Positions 1 through 6,997 of a DNA stretch of 24,000 nt are shown here, piece by piece. Location of the stretch: the NCBI GenBank assembly GCA_930979925.1, contig CAKNIB010000003.1, forward strand, positions 40,031 through 64,030, in the 5' to 3' direction. Numbering within the stretch: the stretch's first letter is position 1; each line of letters opens with the position of its first letter. A program made the translations under genes and the position numbers. The stretch is from an uncultured Clostridia bacterium (GTDB lineage: Bacteria; Bacillota; Clostridia; Christensenellales; UBA1242). The notes under the pieces were generated by a model. The model was given only the letters and a program-made list of their open reading frames with translations, searched no databases and was not told the DNA's origin.

Positions 1-454
1 AATCAAAACCTTTACTATAATTTTTAATTATCTTTTTTAGTACATAAGGTTTAATAATGTAATCATCAATATCCTTTAGGTCAACCCATCGGTAGAGGTA
101 TTTTTCTCCTTCAATTCCACAAAATTCTTCTAGCTCTTCTAATTTTTTATGTTTTTCATCAAGTTCAACAACAAAGTTCATGGCTATTTCTTGAAATTCG
201 ACGTTATTAAAAATAAAAAAATTTTCCATAAAGAGCCTTTCTTTTGGCTCAATATCAACAAGACCGATTTCTTCTTTTAGTTCTCTTTTTATTGCCGTTT
301 TGCAATCCTCAAACCATTCTACTCTTCCACCAGGAAGAAGATAAAAATCGTAACCCTTAATAGTGTGCAACAAAACTTTTGTTTTATTTTTGTTTAGAAC
401 TATTGCTGACACTCTAAAATTAAATTTTTTGTTTTCCTCTTTAAATGAAATCAT
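1..454 (-). CDS. NUDIX hydrolase (3'-partial; the C-terminus lies left of the window)
   Basis: Absent from the ORF track because it runs off the window. Minus-strand ATG at 452-454 is preceded by GGAGGA (tcctcc at 461-466 on the + strand). My translation MISFKEENKKFNFRVSAIVLNKNKTKVLLHTIKGYDFYLLPGGRVEWFEDCKTAIKRELKEEIGL... contains a complete Nudix box G-x5-E-x7-REUxEExGU. The frame stays open to base 1. Confidence 0.85.
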   Translation of the reverse strand, partial: MISFKEENKKFNFRVSAIVLNKNKTKVLLHTIKGYDFYLLPGGRVEWFEDCKTAIKRELKEEIGLVDIEPKERLFMENFFIFNNVEFQEIAMNFVVELDEKHKKLEELEEFCGIEGEKYLYRWVDLKDIDDYIIKPYVLKKIIKNYSKGFD

Positions 455-510
455 ATTATATCCTCCATAACAAGTATATCATAAAAAACAACTAAATAAC
501 ACTTTATTTT

Positions 511-631
511 ATTTCTTATCTCAAAAATAATCCGATGTCAAAAGAAGAGTGAAAAGTGAAAAAAGAAGAAATAAGAGTACAGACAAAAATAACCCTCGAA
601 CAAAGTTCTCGGATTATTTTTGCCTGGTGCG
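511..631. repeat. 121-bp direct repeat, copy 1: ghost 3' end of an LSR gene, ending in TGGTGCG
   Basis: Matches 859-979 with one mismatch by eye. In one + strand frame it reads ...KNNPRTKFSDYFCLVREMG, which parallels the C-terminal ...EKEQPSGSDYSHLVREMG of the intact recombinase at 3228-4829. Confidence 0.7.
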
Positions 632-642
632 GGAGATGGGAG
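625..642 (-). other. Displaced 18-nt copy of the tRNA-Leu 3' end (TGGTGCGGGAGATGGGAG)
   Basis: Identical to 4717-4734, the 3' acceptor and T-stem part of the intact tRNA-Leu. After GGGAG it diverges: ccc here versus tcgaaccc in the tRNA. Confidence 0.7.
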
Positions 643-679
643 CCCTTGCCCTAAAAATCTAACGATTTTCAGGGAACCC
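638..679. repeat. Block gggagccc-(ttg)-26-nt hairpin-aaccc, left copy
   Basis: The hairpin ccctaaaaatc-taac-gattttcaggg (649-674) is identical to 4921-4946. The flanking gggagccc and gggaaccc are also shared with 4898-4951. On the minus-strand RNA the single stem mismatch becomes a G-U pair. Confidence 0.6.
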
Positions 680-858
680 AAACGAACTCGCGGTTCGACT
701 CTTCTCACGAACTAAGTATATTTTAATGTTTAGTCGCCCATTAATAAATAGAATAAAGGTACTTTCAAACCGCGTGGCGTTGCACACTTAAACTTTAGTA
801 GTAAAGTCGTGTATTATTACATAATTTCATTCTCACACACTTTTATTTTTTCTTTTTT

Positions 859-979
859 ATTTCTTATTTCAAAAATAATCCGATGTCAAAAGAAGAGTGA
901 AAAGTGAAAAAAGAAGAAATAAGAGTACAGACAAAAATAACCCTCGAACAAAGTTCTCGGATTATTTTTGCCTGGTGCG
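859..979. repeat. 121-bp direct repeat, copy 2; it forms the left flank (attL side) of the intact LSR element
   Basis: Near-identical to 511-631. It ends in TGGTGCG (973-979) and then diverges into element sequence (acaagtgataaag...). Confidence 0.7.
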
Positions 980-1058
980 ACAAGTGATAAAGTATCCGAA
1001 CCGCCTACAAGTCCAAGTTGGTTTAGGTTATGTAAGATTAACAGTAAAATTTAATATT

Positions 1059-1466
1059 TTATCTATAGTTTACTAAACTTAATTCGCTTAAATTTTTTGA
1101 TAATGTAATTGTTTCTTTAGAAATTTTGATAAGAGCATTGTTCACTGCGACATAATTTTCAAAACTTAATTCAAATCCCAATTTTCTTATTTCATCTTGT
1201 ATGTAATGAAGTTGAATGCAATGAGGAGATTTATCAACACTTGCAAAAACAATTCTTCTAATTTTGTTTGCTCTGATCATTCCCAAAATCTTTGTGATTG
1301 CCATATTGATGTGAGTTTGTTCTAGGCATATTTCAAAAATTGGCAAATTCATATTTTCTATTTCTTCAAAAGCTTTTGGTTGCATTGCTTTTAAACAACT
1401 ACCAACAATTATTATTTCATCAGAGCAATCGTAGATATTGCTTTTCAACAAATCTTTCATAAACAC
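1059..1466 (-). CDS. Hypothetical protein (135 aa), cargo of the LSR element
   Basis: ORF track entry. No family recognised. The motif VFASVDKSPHCIQLHY is faintly reminiscent of Cys/His metal-binding folds, which is not enough for a call. Confidence 0.5.
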   Translation of the reverse strand: MFMKDLLKSNIYDCSDEIIIVGSCLKAMQPKAFEEIENMNLPIFEICLEQTHINMAITKILGMIRANKIRRIVFASVDKSPHCIQLHYIQDEIRKLGFELSFENYVAVNNALIKISKETITLSKNLSELSLVNYR

Positions 1467-1507
1467 CCACCTTTTAGCATTTTTATTATATCATAGAACT
1501 TTCATAT

Positions 1508-1548
1508 TTCAAAACAAAAGAGAGAAGCTTGGATTGGACTTCTCTCTT
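1508..1548 (-). terminator. Intrinsic terminator after the 84-aa gene
   Basis: Minus strand reads AAGAGAGAAG-11 nt loop-CTTCTCTCTT followed by TTGTTTTG. It lies 8 nt past the TAG stop at 1556-1558. Confidence 0.6.
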
Positions 1549-1555
1549 CGTTGTC

Positions 1556-1810
1556 CTAATTGTTGGATTTGATTATGTCCGAAAGGAGTGAGTAAACACT
1601 TTTTGCGGACAGGTTTATCAAATCTCCGCCGTTGTCAAAATAGTCCATTAAGTCGTGAGCAAACTGAAAGGCAATTTCTTTCATTTGCTTTTTGCCGAAC
1701 TTACAGCAACCTATTGTGAGTTCGTTTGTGGACAAGTTGCAACGGGCGGTGTTCTTGCTTTGCAAGGAACTATTACAACAATCAAGACTATCCATTTTGT
1801 TGTTTTTCAT
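1556..1810 (-). CDS. Hypothetical small protein (84 aa) with a Cys-rich N-terminus
   Basis: ORF track entry. Has CC-x10-C-x11-CC spacing near the N-terminus and its own downstream terminator. No family recognised. Confidence 0.5.
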   Translation of the reverse strand: MKNNKMDSLDCCNSSLQSKNTARCNLSTNELTIGCCKFGKKQMKEIAFQFAHDLMDYFDNGGDLINLSAKSVYSLLSDIIKSNN

Positions 1811-1914
1811 AGTCCCTCCAAAGAATAAATCTTTGTGAGGAATAACCTATGGAATTGGTTAACAAATTGGATAAATCAAGTATAACATATTTCATAATAT
1901 TTTGCTATATTTTT

Positions 1915-1949
1915 AACAAAAAAAAGACAAGTGGGCGTCCCACTTGGTC
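1915..1949 (-). terminator. Intrinsic terminator (minus strand)
   Basis: Minus strand reads GACCAAGTGGG-ACG-CCCACTTGTC followed by T8. It lies ~180 nt downstream of the 130-aa gene stop. Confidence 0.55.
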
Positions 1950-2129
1950 ATCAAAGGGGAATGACTCAAAATCGAAACTTCTTCTTTTTTAGGGTGAGTC
2001 GTCTAAAAGCCTTTATTTATAGGCATTTTAGCGAACAAAAACACGATTTTGAGCCTATTCCTTATCCTGCTTACTGTAAATTTATATACTTTTCACTTAA
2101 TTTAATATATAGAGATATTCATTTAACAA

Positions 2130-2522
2130 TTATTTTGTTTCTAAATACAGTTTTCTTTTTTTATCAACATAGAGGAAAATATCTTTAAAACAAATTATTT
2201 CTTTAATTTGTTCAAGCCATTGTGGTCTATCCAAATATCCTTTTAAGATTTTTCCATCAACTTCAATTTCCCATCCATCTCCATCACAACCATCCTCTGA
2301 AGTGTTTGTTTCTGGAATGTTGATTTTTGCAAGTTCTTTTAAAGCCACTTTGTTATCAAGCTTGTATGTTTTATCGATTACAGTAAATCCACGATTATCT
2401 CCTGTGGAAAATGTAATTATTGGATTAAACTCATTGTCCTTTATCTCGATTGAAAAATATTCAATATCATAACCTAATCTCATCATACCATAATTTTTCC
2501 AAGTAAATTTAAAATTTTTCAT
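2130..2522 (-). CDS. Hypothetical protein (130 aa), cargo of the LSR element
   Basis: ORF track entry. Lies 14 nt downstream of the transglutaminase-like gene, so the two probably share an operon. No family recognised. Confidence 0.55.
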   Translation of the reverse strand: MKNFKFTWKNYGMMRLGYDIEYFSIEIKDNEFNPIITFSTGDNRGFTVIDKTYKLDNKVALKELAKINIPETNTSEDGCDGDGWEIEVDGKILKGYLDRPQWLEQIKEIICFKDIFLYVDKKRKLYLETK

Positions 2523-2536
2523 ATATGTTTCTCCAT

Positions 2537-3100
2537 TTAATTTCTCTCTAATTCACTTTTATCTTCGTGAATTATGAATTTATTATTTTGTTGTGTCCTA
2601 AGTTTTCCCATATAAGTTTTATAACAAGGGGTAAGGTCAATTGTTGACCATTTGCCGTTCAAGAAGACTTCATTCCACGCATGTGGTATATTTTTTAAAT
2701 TAACAACATTTTCATCTCGTCCTCGGATAATTTTGCAATCAACATCAATTAAATCACAAAAATCTTTAAAAACAATTGAATAAGATTGGCAAACTCCTTT
2801 ATGCAATAGGATAGGAGCATATTTTTCACCACAATGAATAACGCAGTCTTTGTAAGGATATTGAATTGATGTAAAAGCATTATTATTGTTTCGCATTTTG
2901 AGAATGTCATTATCATAACTAACATTTGCAAAAAACCAGTCATAGAACCTTTTTATCAGTTCTTGTTTAGTTATAAACTTTTCGCCACTTCTTAACTGTC
3001 GCAAAATGCGATTTAATTCTTCTTTATATTCAGTTTCTAAATTTTTTCTCGCAATAGAAGCCTTTTCATTGGTTTTGATTGCTTTTATTTCGAATTTCAT
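2537..3100 (-). CDS. Transglutaminase-like (papain-fold) cysteine peptidase domain protein
   Basis: Contains GVCQSYSIVF...IPHAWNEVFLNGKWSTIDLT. This matches the Cys...His-Ala-Trp-x-Glu...Asp-x-Thr pattern of transglutaminase-core domains. Confidence 0.6.
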   Translation of the reverse strand: MKFEIKAIKTNEKASIARKNLETEYKEELNRILRQLRSGEKFITKQELIKRFYDWFFANVSYDNDILKMRNNNNAFTSIQYPYKDCVIHCGEKYAPILLHKGVCQSYSIVFKDFCDLIDVDCKIIRGRDENVVNLKNIPHAWNEVFLNGKWSTIDLTPCYKTYMGKLRTQQNNKFIIHEDKSELERN

Positions 3101-3178
3101 TTATTGATTAACTCCTTTTTTATTATATCACATTCAAAGATAATTTGGAATACTTTTTCAAAAATTTTATATTTTATG

Positions 3179-3207
3179 CTGACTTTTTTGAGGTATAGCG
3201 GTATAAT
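3179..3207 (+). promoter_or_regulatory. Putative sigma-70-type promoter of the recombinase gene
   Basis: CTGACT (3179-3184), 17-nt spacer, TATAAT (3202-3207). If real, the TTG at 3207 used by the ORF track cannot be the start codon. Confidence 0.45.
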
Positions 3208-3227
3208 TGGTTAAAAGGTGGTGGAAT

Positions 3228-4829
3228 GTGAAAAAAGCAGTAATCTATGCAAGATATTCAAGTGATAGTCAGTCAGAGCAAAGTATTGATGGACAACTTA
3301 GAGTTTGCAAAGAATATGCAGAGCGAGAAAATATCAAGATTGTGGATACCTATATCGACAGGGCTATGACAGGCACAAATGACCATCGTCCAGACTTTCA
3401 AAGAATGCTGCGTGACAGCAAGAAGAAAGGTTTTGATTATGTGCTTGTGTATAAGTTTGATAGATTTGCTCGTTCTCGCCATGATAGTGCTGTGAATAAG
3501 GCGATTTTAAATCGCAATGGTGTTAAGGTTATTTCTGCCACTGAACAAATTTCGGACACACCAGAAGGCATAATACTTGAAGGAATGCTTGAAAGTTTTG
3601 CCGAGTATTATTCTGCCGAGTTATCACAAAAAGTCAAGCGTGGGCGAAAAGAAAGCAGAATAAAGGGTTTGTATGTAGGCGGTCGAGTTCCGTTTGGATA
3701 CATGGTGGAAGATAAAATTGTTAAAATCAACGAAAAGCAAGCAGATATTGTTAGACAAGTTTACAATGACTATATCTCAGGTATGGGATTGAAAGATATT
3801 GCAACCAAACTTAAAAAGCAGGGAATAAAGACAAACAACGGCAATGACTGGACAATAAATCAAATATCAAGAATGCTACGAAGTCCGTATTATTGCGGAA
3901 AGGTTTATGCTGACAACACGGTTTATACAAATATCTACCCACCAATTATTAACGAAGAATTGTTTGACAGGGTTAACAAGAGTTTGCAAACAGGTAAACG
4001 CACAGCGGCACAAAAGAAAGCGCCAATTCCTTTTATTTTGTCAGGCAAACTTGTTTGTGGAAAATGCAAAGCAAATATGACTGGTGACAGCGGAACAGGA
4101 AGAAATGGCATTCACTATTATTACAAATGCGTGAATAGAAAAAGAAAACACACTTGCGATAAGAAGAGTGTTGAGAAAGACTATATTGAAAACTATGTTG
4201 TTTGTGCTGTGAAAGAGTTTTTAAAGCACAATAGACAACTGAAAGAATTATCACAAGCAGTTGCGAATATATTTAACGAATATATCGGCAAAGATGTGGT
4301 GTTAAACTCTCTTAATGCACAAATGAAAGAGATAGATAGACAACTTAATAATTTAGCAAATGCAGTGGCGAATGGAATATTCTCAAAAACAACAAATCAA
4401 AAACTTAACGAACTTGAACAAGAAAAAGAAGATTTAGAAATTAAAATTGCAAGACAAAAAGCAAAGACAATCACTCCACTTAATGCCGACAAAGTTTACA
4501 ATTGGTTTTTATCATTTCAAAACATTGACACAACCGACAAACTTGCTTGTAAAAGAATGATTGATATGTTCGTGAACAAAATTGTTTTGTATGACGATTA
4601 TTTTGACATATACTTCAACACTTCGGATGATGAAAGCAAAAATATTAAACTGGACAATCAAGAAGATTTTGAAGAAATAGAAAAAGAGCAACCCAGCGGT
4701 TCGGATTACTCTCACTTGGTGCGGGAGATGGGAGTCGAACCCACATGGTATTGCTACCACAAGCACCTGAAACTTGCGCGTCTGCCATTTCGCCACTCCC
4801 GCTTAATTTTTAAACAAATTATAATTTAA
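3228..4829 (+). CDS. Large serine recombinase (integrase)
   Basis: N-terminal resolvase catalytic domain (AVIYARYSSDSQ...DRFARS), a recombinase domain, a zinc ribbon (CGKCKANMTG...YYYKCVNRKRKHTC) and a coiled-coil region. I prefer GVG-type start GTG at 3228 (RBS aaggtggtgg at 3214-3224) over the track's TTG at 3207. The last 34 codons (4725-4826) are read antisense through the tRNA-Leu gene. Confidence 0.9.
   Translation: MKKAVIYARYSSDSQSEQSIDGQLRVCKEYAERENIKIVDTYIDRAMTGTNDHRPDFQRMLRDSKKKGFDYVLVYKFDRFARSRHDSAVNKAILNRNGVKVISATEQISDTPEGIILEGMLESFAEYYSAELSQKVKRGRKESRIKGLYVGGRVPFGYMVEDKIVKINEKQADIVRQVYNDYISGMGLKDIATKLKKQGIKTNNGNDWTINQISRMLRSPYYCGKVYADNTVYTNIYPPIINEELFDRVNKSLQTGKRTAAQKKAPIPFILSGKLVCGKCKANMTGDSGTGRNGIHYYYKCVNRKRKHTCDKKSVEKDYIENYVVCAVKEFLKHNRQLKELSQAVANIFNEYIGKDVVLNSLNAQMKEIDRQLNNLANAVANGIFSKTTNQKLNELEQEKEDLEIKIARQKAKTITPLNADKVYNWFLSFQNIDTTDKLACKRMIDMFVNKIVLYDDYFDIYFNTSDDESKNIKLDNQEDFEEIEKEQPSGSDYSHLVREMGVEPTWYCYHKHLKLARLPFRHSRLIFKQIII
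4717..4802 (-). tRNA. tRNA-Leu(CAG): tRNA-Leu (anticodon CAG), class II with a long variable arm and encoded CCA
   Basis: Minus strand reads GCGGGAGTGGCGAAATGGCAGACGCGCAAGTTTCAGGTGCTTGTGGTAGCAATACCATGTGGGTTCGACTCCCATCTCCCGCACCA. Hand fold: 7-bp acceptor stem, anticodon stem CAAGT/GCTTG with loop TTCAGGT, variable arm TGGTAGCAATACCA, and T-loop TTCGACT. Confidence 0.9.
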
Positions 4830-4875
4830 TGATTGAGTATACTCTTGCGCAAGTTTCTTGAAACTCGCGACTTTA

Positions 4876-4900
4876 CCCATTAAATTTGAAATTTAATGGG
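4876..4900. repeat. Perfect 11-bp-arm palindrome in the tRNA-Leu leader
   Basis: cccattaaatt-tga-aatttaatggg. Its 3' arm runs directly into the ATGGGAG tRNA-fragment junction. Confidence 0.7.
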
Positions 4901-4968
4901 AGCCCAAACTGCCACTACCACCCTAAAAATCTAACGATTTTCAGGGAACCCGGTTCCGCCACTCCCGC
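4898..4968 (-). pseudogene. Scrambled tRNA-Leu-derived fragment upstream of the intact tRNA
   Basis: The minus strand starts with GCGGGAGTGGCG, identical to tRNA-Leu positions 1-12. It then contains the 26-nt hairpin shared with 649-674, TGGTAG (as in the tRNA variable arm) and GGGCTCCCAT (T-stem 3' side). It does not fold into a cloverleaf and has no TPsiC loop. Confidence 0.5.
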
Positions 4969-5028
4969 ATATTTTTTAAATTTGATTTTATCTTGTTTTT
5001 TTAGGCTACTTGCAAAAGATACCTTTGT

Positions 5029-5057
5029 ATTATAATATATTTTTTATTTTAAGTCAA
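5029..5057 (-). promoter_or_regulatory. Consensus promoter driving the tRNA-Leu locus
   Basis: Minus strand reads TTGACT (5057-5052), 17-nt spacer, TATAAT (5034-5029). The transcript would run through 4968-4898, the spacer and tRNA-Leu. Confidence 0.6.
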
Positions 5058-5173
5058 TTGTCCACATATAATTTCGTCCAAAATTAGGTGAGCTTATAAT
5101 AAGCCCTATTTTTTATATAATTTTAATAAAAACTTTTAATAATAAATTTAATATGATATAATAATTATTAAGA

Positions 5174-6049
5174 ATGAAAAAAGAGACAAAATCAAAGATA
5201 ATAAAAGTTGTAATTATTATTGTAGCGCTGTTGTTAATTGCGCTTGCCATTTACCTGCCACTTGAGCTGACTGGGACTATTGATAAAATAGATAGTGCCG
5301 AAGAGCTTGGGCAGATTATAAGAGATGGTGGCGTTTACAGCTACATTATATTTGTTGTAGTACAGTTTTTGCAGGTTACCTTTTTGCCCTTGCCAGCAGC
5401 AGTGACCACAATTGCAGGTACTTTAGTATTCGGACCTTGGATAACTTTAGGGCTAAGTTTGTTTGCAGTGCTACTTGGCTCAGCATTTGCCTTTTTCTTA
5501 GGCAGAAAGGTGGGGCGCCGTCTAGTTGTATGGGTTGCAGGCGAGAAAGATGCTATCAAATGGGAGGAGAAGTTAAAGCGCGGTAAATATGTATTTTTCT
5601 TAATGATGCTTTTCCCTGTCTTCCCAGATGATATCCTCTGTATTGTTGCCGGCTGTATTGGTATGAATTGGAAGTTTTTTATGATAACAAACCTAATTAC
5701 AAGACCATTGTCAATCGGAGCCCTTTGCTTCTTTGGGAGCGGACAGGTTATACCATTTAGTGGTTGGGGAATACCTGTATGGATTGTGCTTGTTGTTTTA
5801 GGAATTATTGCCATTTACCTCAGTGTTAAGTATCAGCCACAAATAGAAAACTTTATAACAAAACTAGGAGTTCGACTTACAAGAAGGTTTAGACCTATTT
5901 TGAAATCTAATAGTAAAAATAATATTAAAATGCTATCCATTCCTTCAACATTTAAAATAAAACAAAATGTGCAAAATGAAAATCAAAAAAACAACGAAAT
6001 AAAAATAGAAAATAATAACAAAAATAAACAAAATAATGACAAAAAATAG
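5174..6049 (+). CDS. TVP38/TMEM64 (DedA-related, SNARE-associated domain) membrane protein with an N/K-rich C-terminal tail
   Basis: Multi-pass membrane protein. The core VVQFLQVTFLPLPAAVTTIAGTLVFGPW...GSAFAFFLGRKVGRRLV is typical of the VTT/DedA-like family. The C-terminal ~50 aa are low-complexity. Confidence 0.7.
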   Translation: MKKETKSKIIKVVIIIVALLLIALAIYLPLELTGTIDKIDSAEELGQIIRDGGVYSYIIFVVVQFLQVTFLPLPAAVTTIAGTLVFGPWITLGLSLFAVLLGSAFAFFLGRKVGRRLVVWVAGEKDAIKWEEKLKRGKYVFFLMMLFPVFPDDILCIVAGCIGMNWKFFMITNLITRPLSIGALCFFGSGQVIPFSGWGIPVWIVLVVLGIIAIYLSVKYQPQIENFITKLGVRLTRRFRPILKSNSKNNIKMLSIPSTFKIKQNVQNENQKNNEIKIENNNKNKQNNDKK

Positions 6050-6088
6050 CTAAAAATACCTATTTTTGGTAAATTTAGCTATTTTTTG
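6045..6088. terminator. Bidirectional intrinsic terminator
   Basis: Arms AATAGCTAAA / TTTAGCTATT with an inner TACC/GGTA stem. An A-run lies upstream and a T-run downstream. It sits between the convergent genes ending at 6049 (+) and 6147 (-). Confidence 0.6.
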
Positions 6089-6146
6089 TTTATTTTTTTA
6101 TTTTAAAAATTTTATACAAAAACATTTATTGTTTTATTTTAAGATA

Positions 6147-6329
6147 TTAATCAATAAAGATAACAACTTCGCTGTCAGGTGTAACCTGCTCGTTTTTGTC
6201 TTTTAAGTCGTCAAGTTTTTGTTTCTGGTCGTTTATAACAATAGATGTAATCACAACAAAAGCTATTAGGACGATAAGTCCTATTATGCACGACCATTTA
6301 ATTATTTTTTTCTTTTTTTCTTCCTGCAT
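6147..6329 (-). CDS. Small bitopic membrane protein, DivIC/FtsB-like (call based mainly on position)
   Basis: 60 aa with one TM helix followed by a charged helical segment (QKQKLDDLKDKNEQ). It sits where divIC follows yabP-yabQ in Bacillus. It overlaps the yabQ 3' end by 32 nt. Confidence 0.4.
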   Translation of the reverse strand: MQEEKKKKIIKWSCIIGLIVLIAFVVITSIVINDQKQKLDDLKDKNEQVTPDSEVVIFID

Positions 6330-6651
6330 GTTTTTCTCTAAATCGATTATAGCACTTCTTTATACATTTTGTCCACAAAAATTTTGACAAAAGTCTTTCG
6401 ATTAATAGGGAGAGAAGAAAACTTAGTAGCACATAGATGCGAAATTGTCCATAGTTTACAGCAAGATTGACAACAAACAGTAGCCCAAAAGAAAGAATTG
6501 TGGCAAGAAAGTCAAAAAATATCTTAGAATACCTGTCATTACCACTTAAAAAGGTTAAAATTTTAAAAATATCAAATATCAGTCCTCCTGCCAAGCCTGC
6601 ACCAAATACGGCTAAAAAGACAAGAGGCTGAGATAGTGTCGGATAGAGCAA
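6298..6651 (-). CDS. yabQ: Spore cortex biosynthesis protein YabQ-like
   Basis: Small multi-TM protein. Its TTG start directly abuts the yabP stop (TAA-TTG). This is the conserved yabP-yabQ arrangement. Confidence 0.6.
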   Translation of the reverse strand: MLYPTLSQPLVFLAVFGAGLAGGLIFDIFKILTFLSGNDRYSKIFFDFLATILSFGLLFVVNLAVNYGQFRIYVLLSFLLSLLIERLLSKFLWTKCIKKCYNRFREKHAGRKKEKNN

Positions 6652-6900
6652 TTACTTAAAAATCCTTTTAAGAAGAGGCTGTTTTTTGACGCTTGGCTGG
6701 TCAAGCTTTATCATGGTAAATTTTCCTTGCAAGCACACCTCGCCATCTTCAAGATTGAGCTTTTTAACCTCAATACCGCTGCCGGTAATTACCATTGAGC
6801 TCTCGACTGTCTCTAGTACAACCTGAGTCTGCGAGGACGAGACTATCTTGCTTGCTCCTTTAATAAGTAGCGTTTCGCCCTCTAAATGCAATAAATTCAT
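6652..6900 (-). CDS. yabP: Sporulation protein YabP
   Basis: 82 aa with the pattern L-I-G...V-S....LET..G.L.I.G..L.VKKLNLEDGEV.L.G, as in YabP-family proteins. RBS GGAGGGAG lies upstream. Confidence 0.75.
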   Translation of the reverse strand: MNLLHLEGETLLIKGASKIVSSSQTQVVLETVESSMVITGSGIEVKKLNLEDGEVCLQGKFTMIKLDQPSVKKQPLLKRIFK

Positions 6901-6997
6901 ACTCCCTCCAAAAGAAAAAGATTAAACATAATATGTATATTCGTTAAAAATATTAAAAATGATAGCCTTTTTAGCGAAATTATTGTAAAATAACTAT

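Larger units (their letters stand above)
980..4723 (+). mobile_element. Small (~3.7 kb) integrative element with a large serine recombinase, inserted in the 3' end of tRNA-Leu(CAG)
   Basis: The 7-nt core TGGTGCG occurs at both junctions (973-979 and 4717-4723). Joining the right end (4695-4723, agcggttcggattactctcacttggtgcg) to the left end (980-1005, acaagtgataaagtatccgaaccgcc) gives an imperfect ~26-bp-arm palindrome (gcggttcggat...cacttg / caagtg...atccgaaccgc) centred on gtGCga. That is the expected architecture of an LSR attP. The recombinase gene abuts the right end, and the tRNA is reconstituted across attR. Confidence 0.65.

Noticed and set aside
1931-2188. Track ORF 1931-2188 (+), and ORF 17092-17292 (+)
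   Set aside because: Both lie in AT-rich intergenic or terminator sequence. Their products are low-complexity and rich in F, I, L and Y, with no RBS. The first also overlaps a minus-strand terminator and the 3' end of a better gene.
4898-4968. A second intact tRNA gene upstream of tRNA-Leu
   Set aside because: It shares only the first 12 nt and short internal pieces with tRNA-Leu. It lacks a 3' acceptor strand at its end, a T-loop and a 7-nt anticodon loop; the central hairpin allows only even-numbered loop sizes (4, 6 or 8 nt). No cloverleaf can be drawn.
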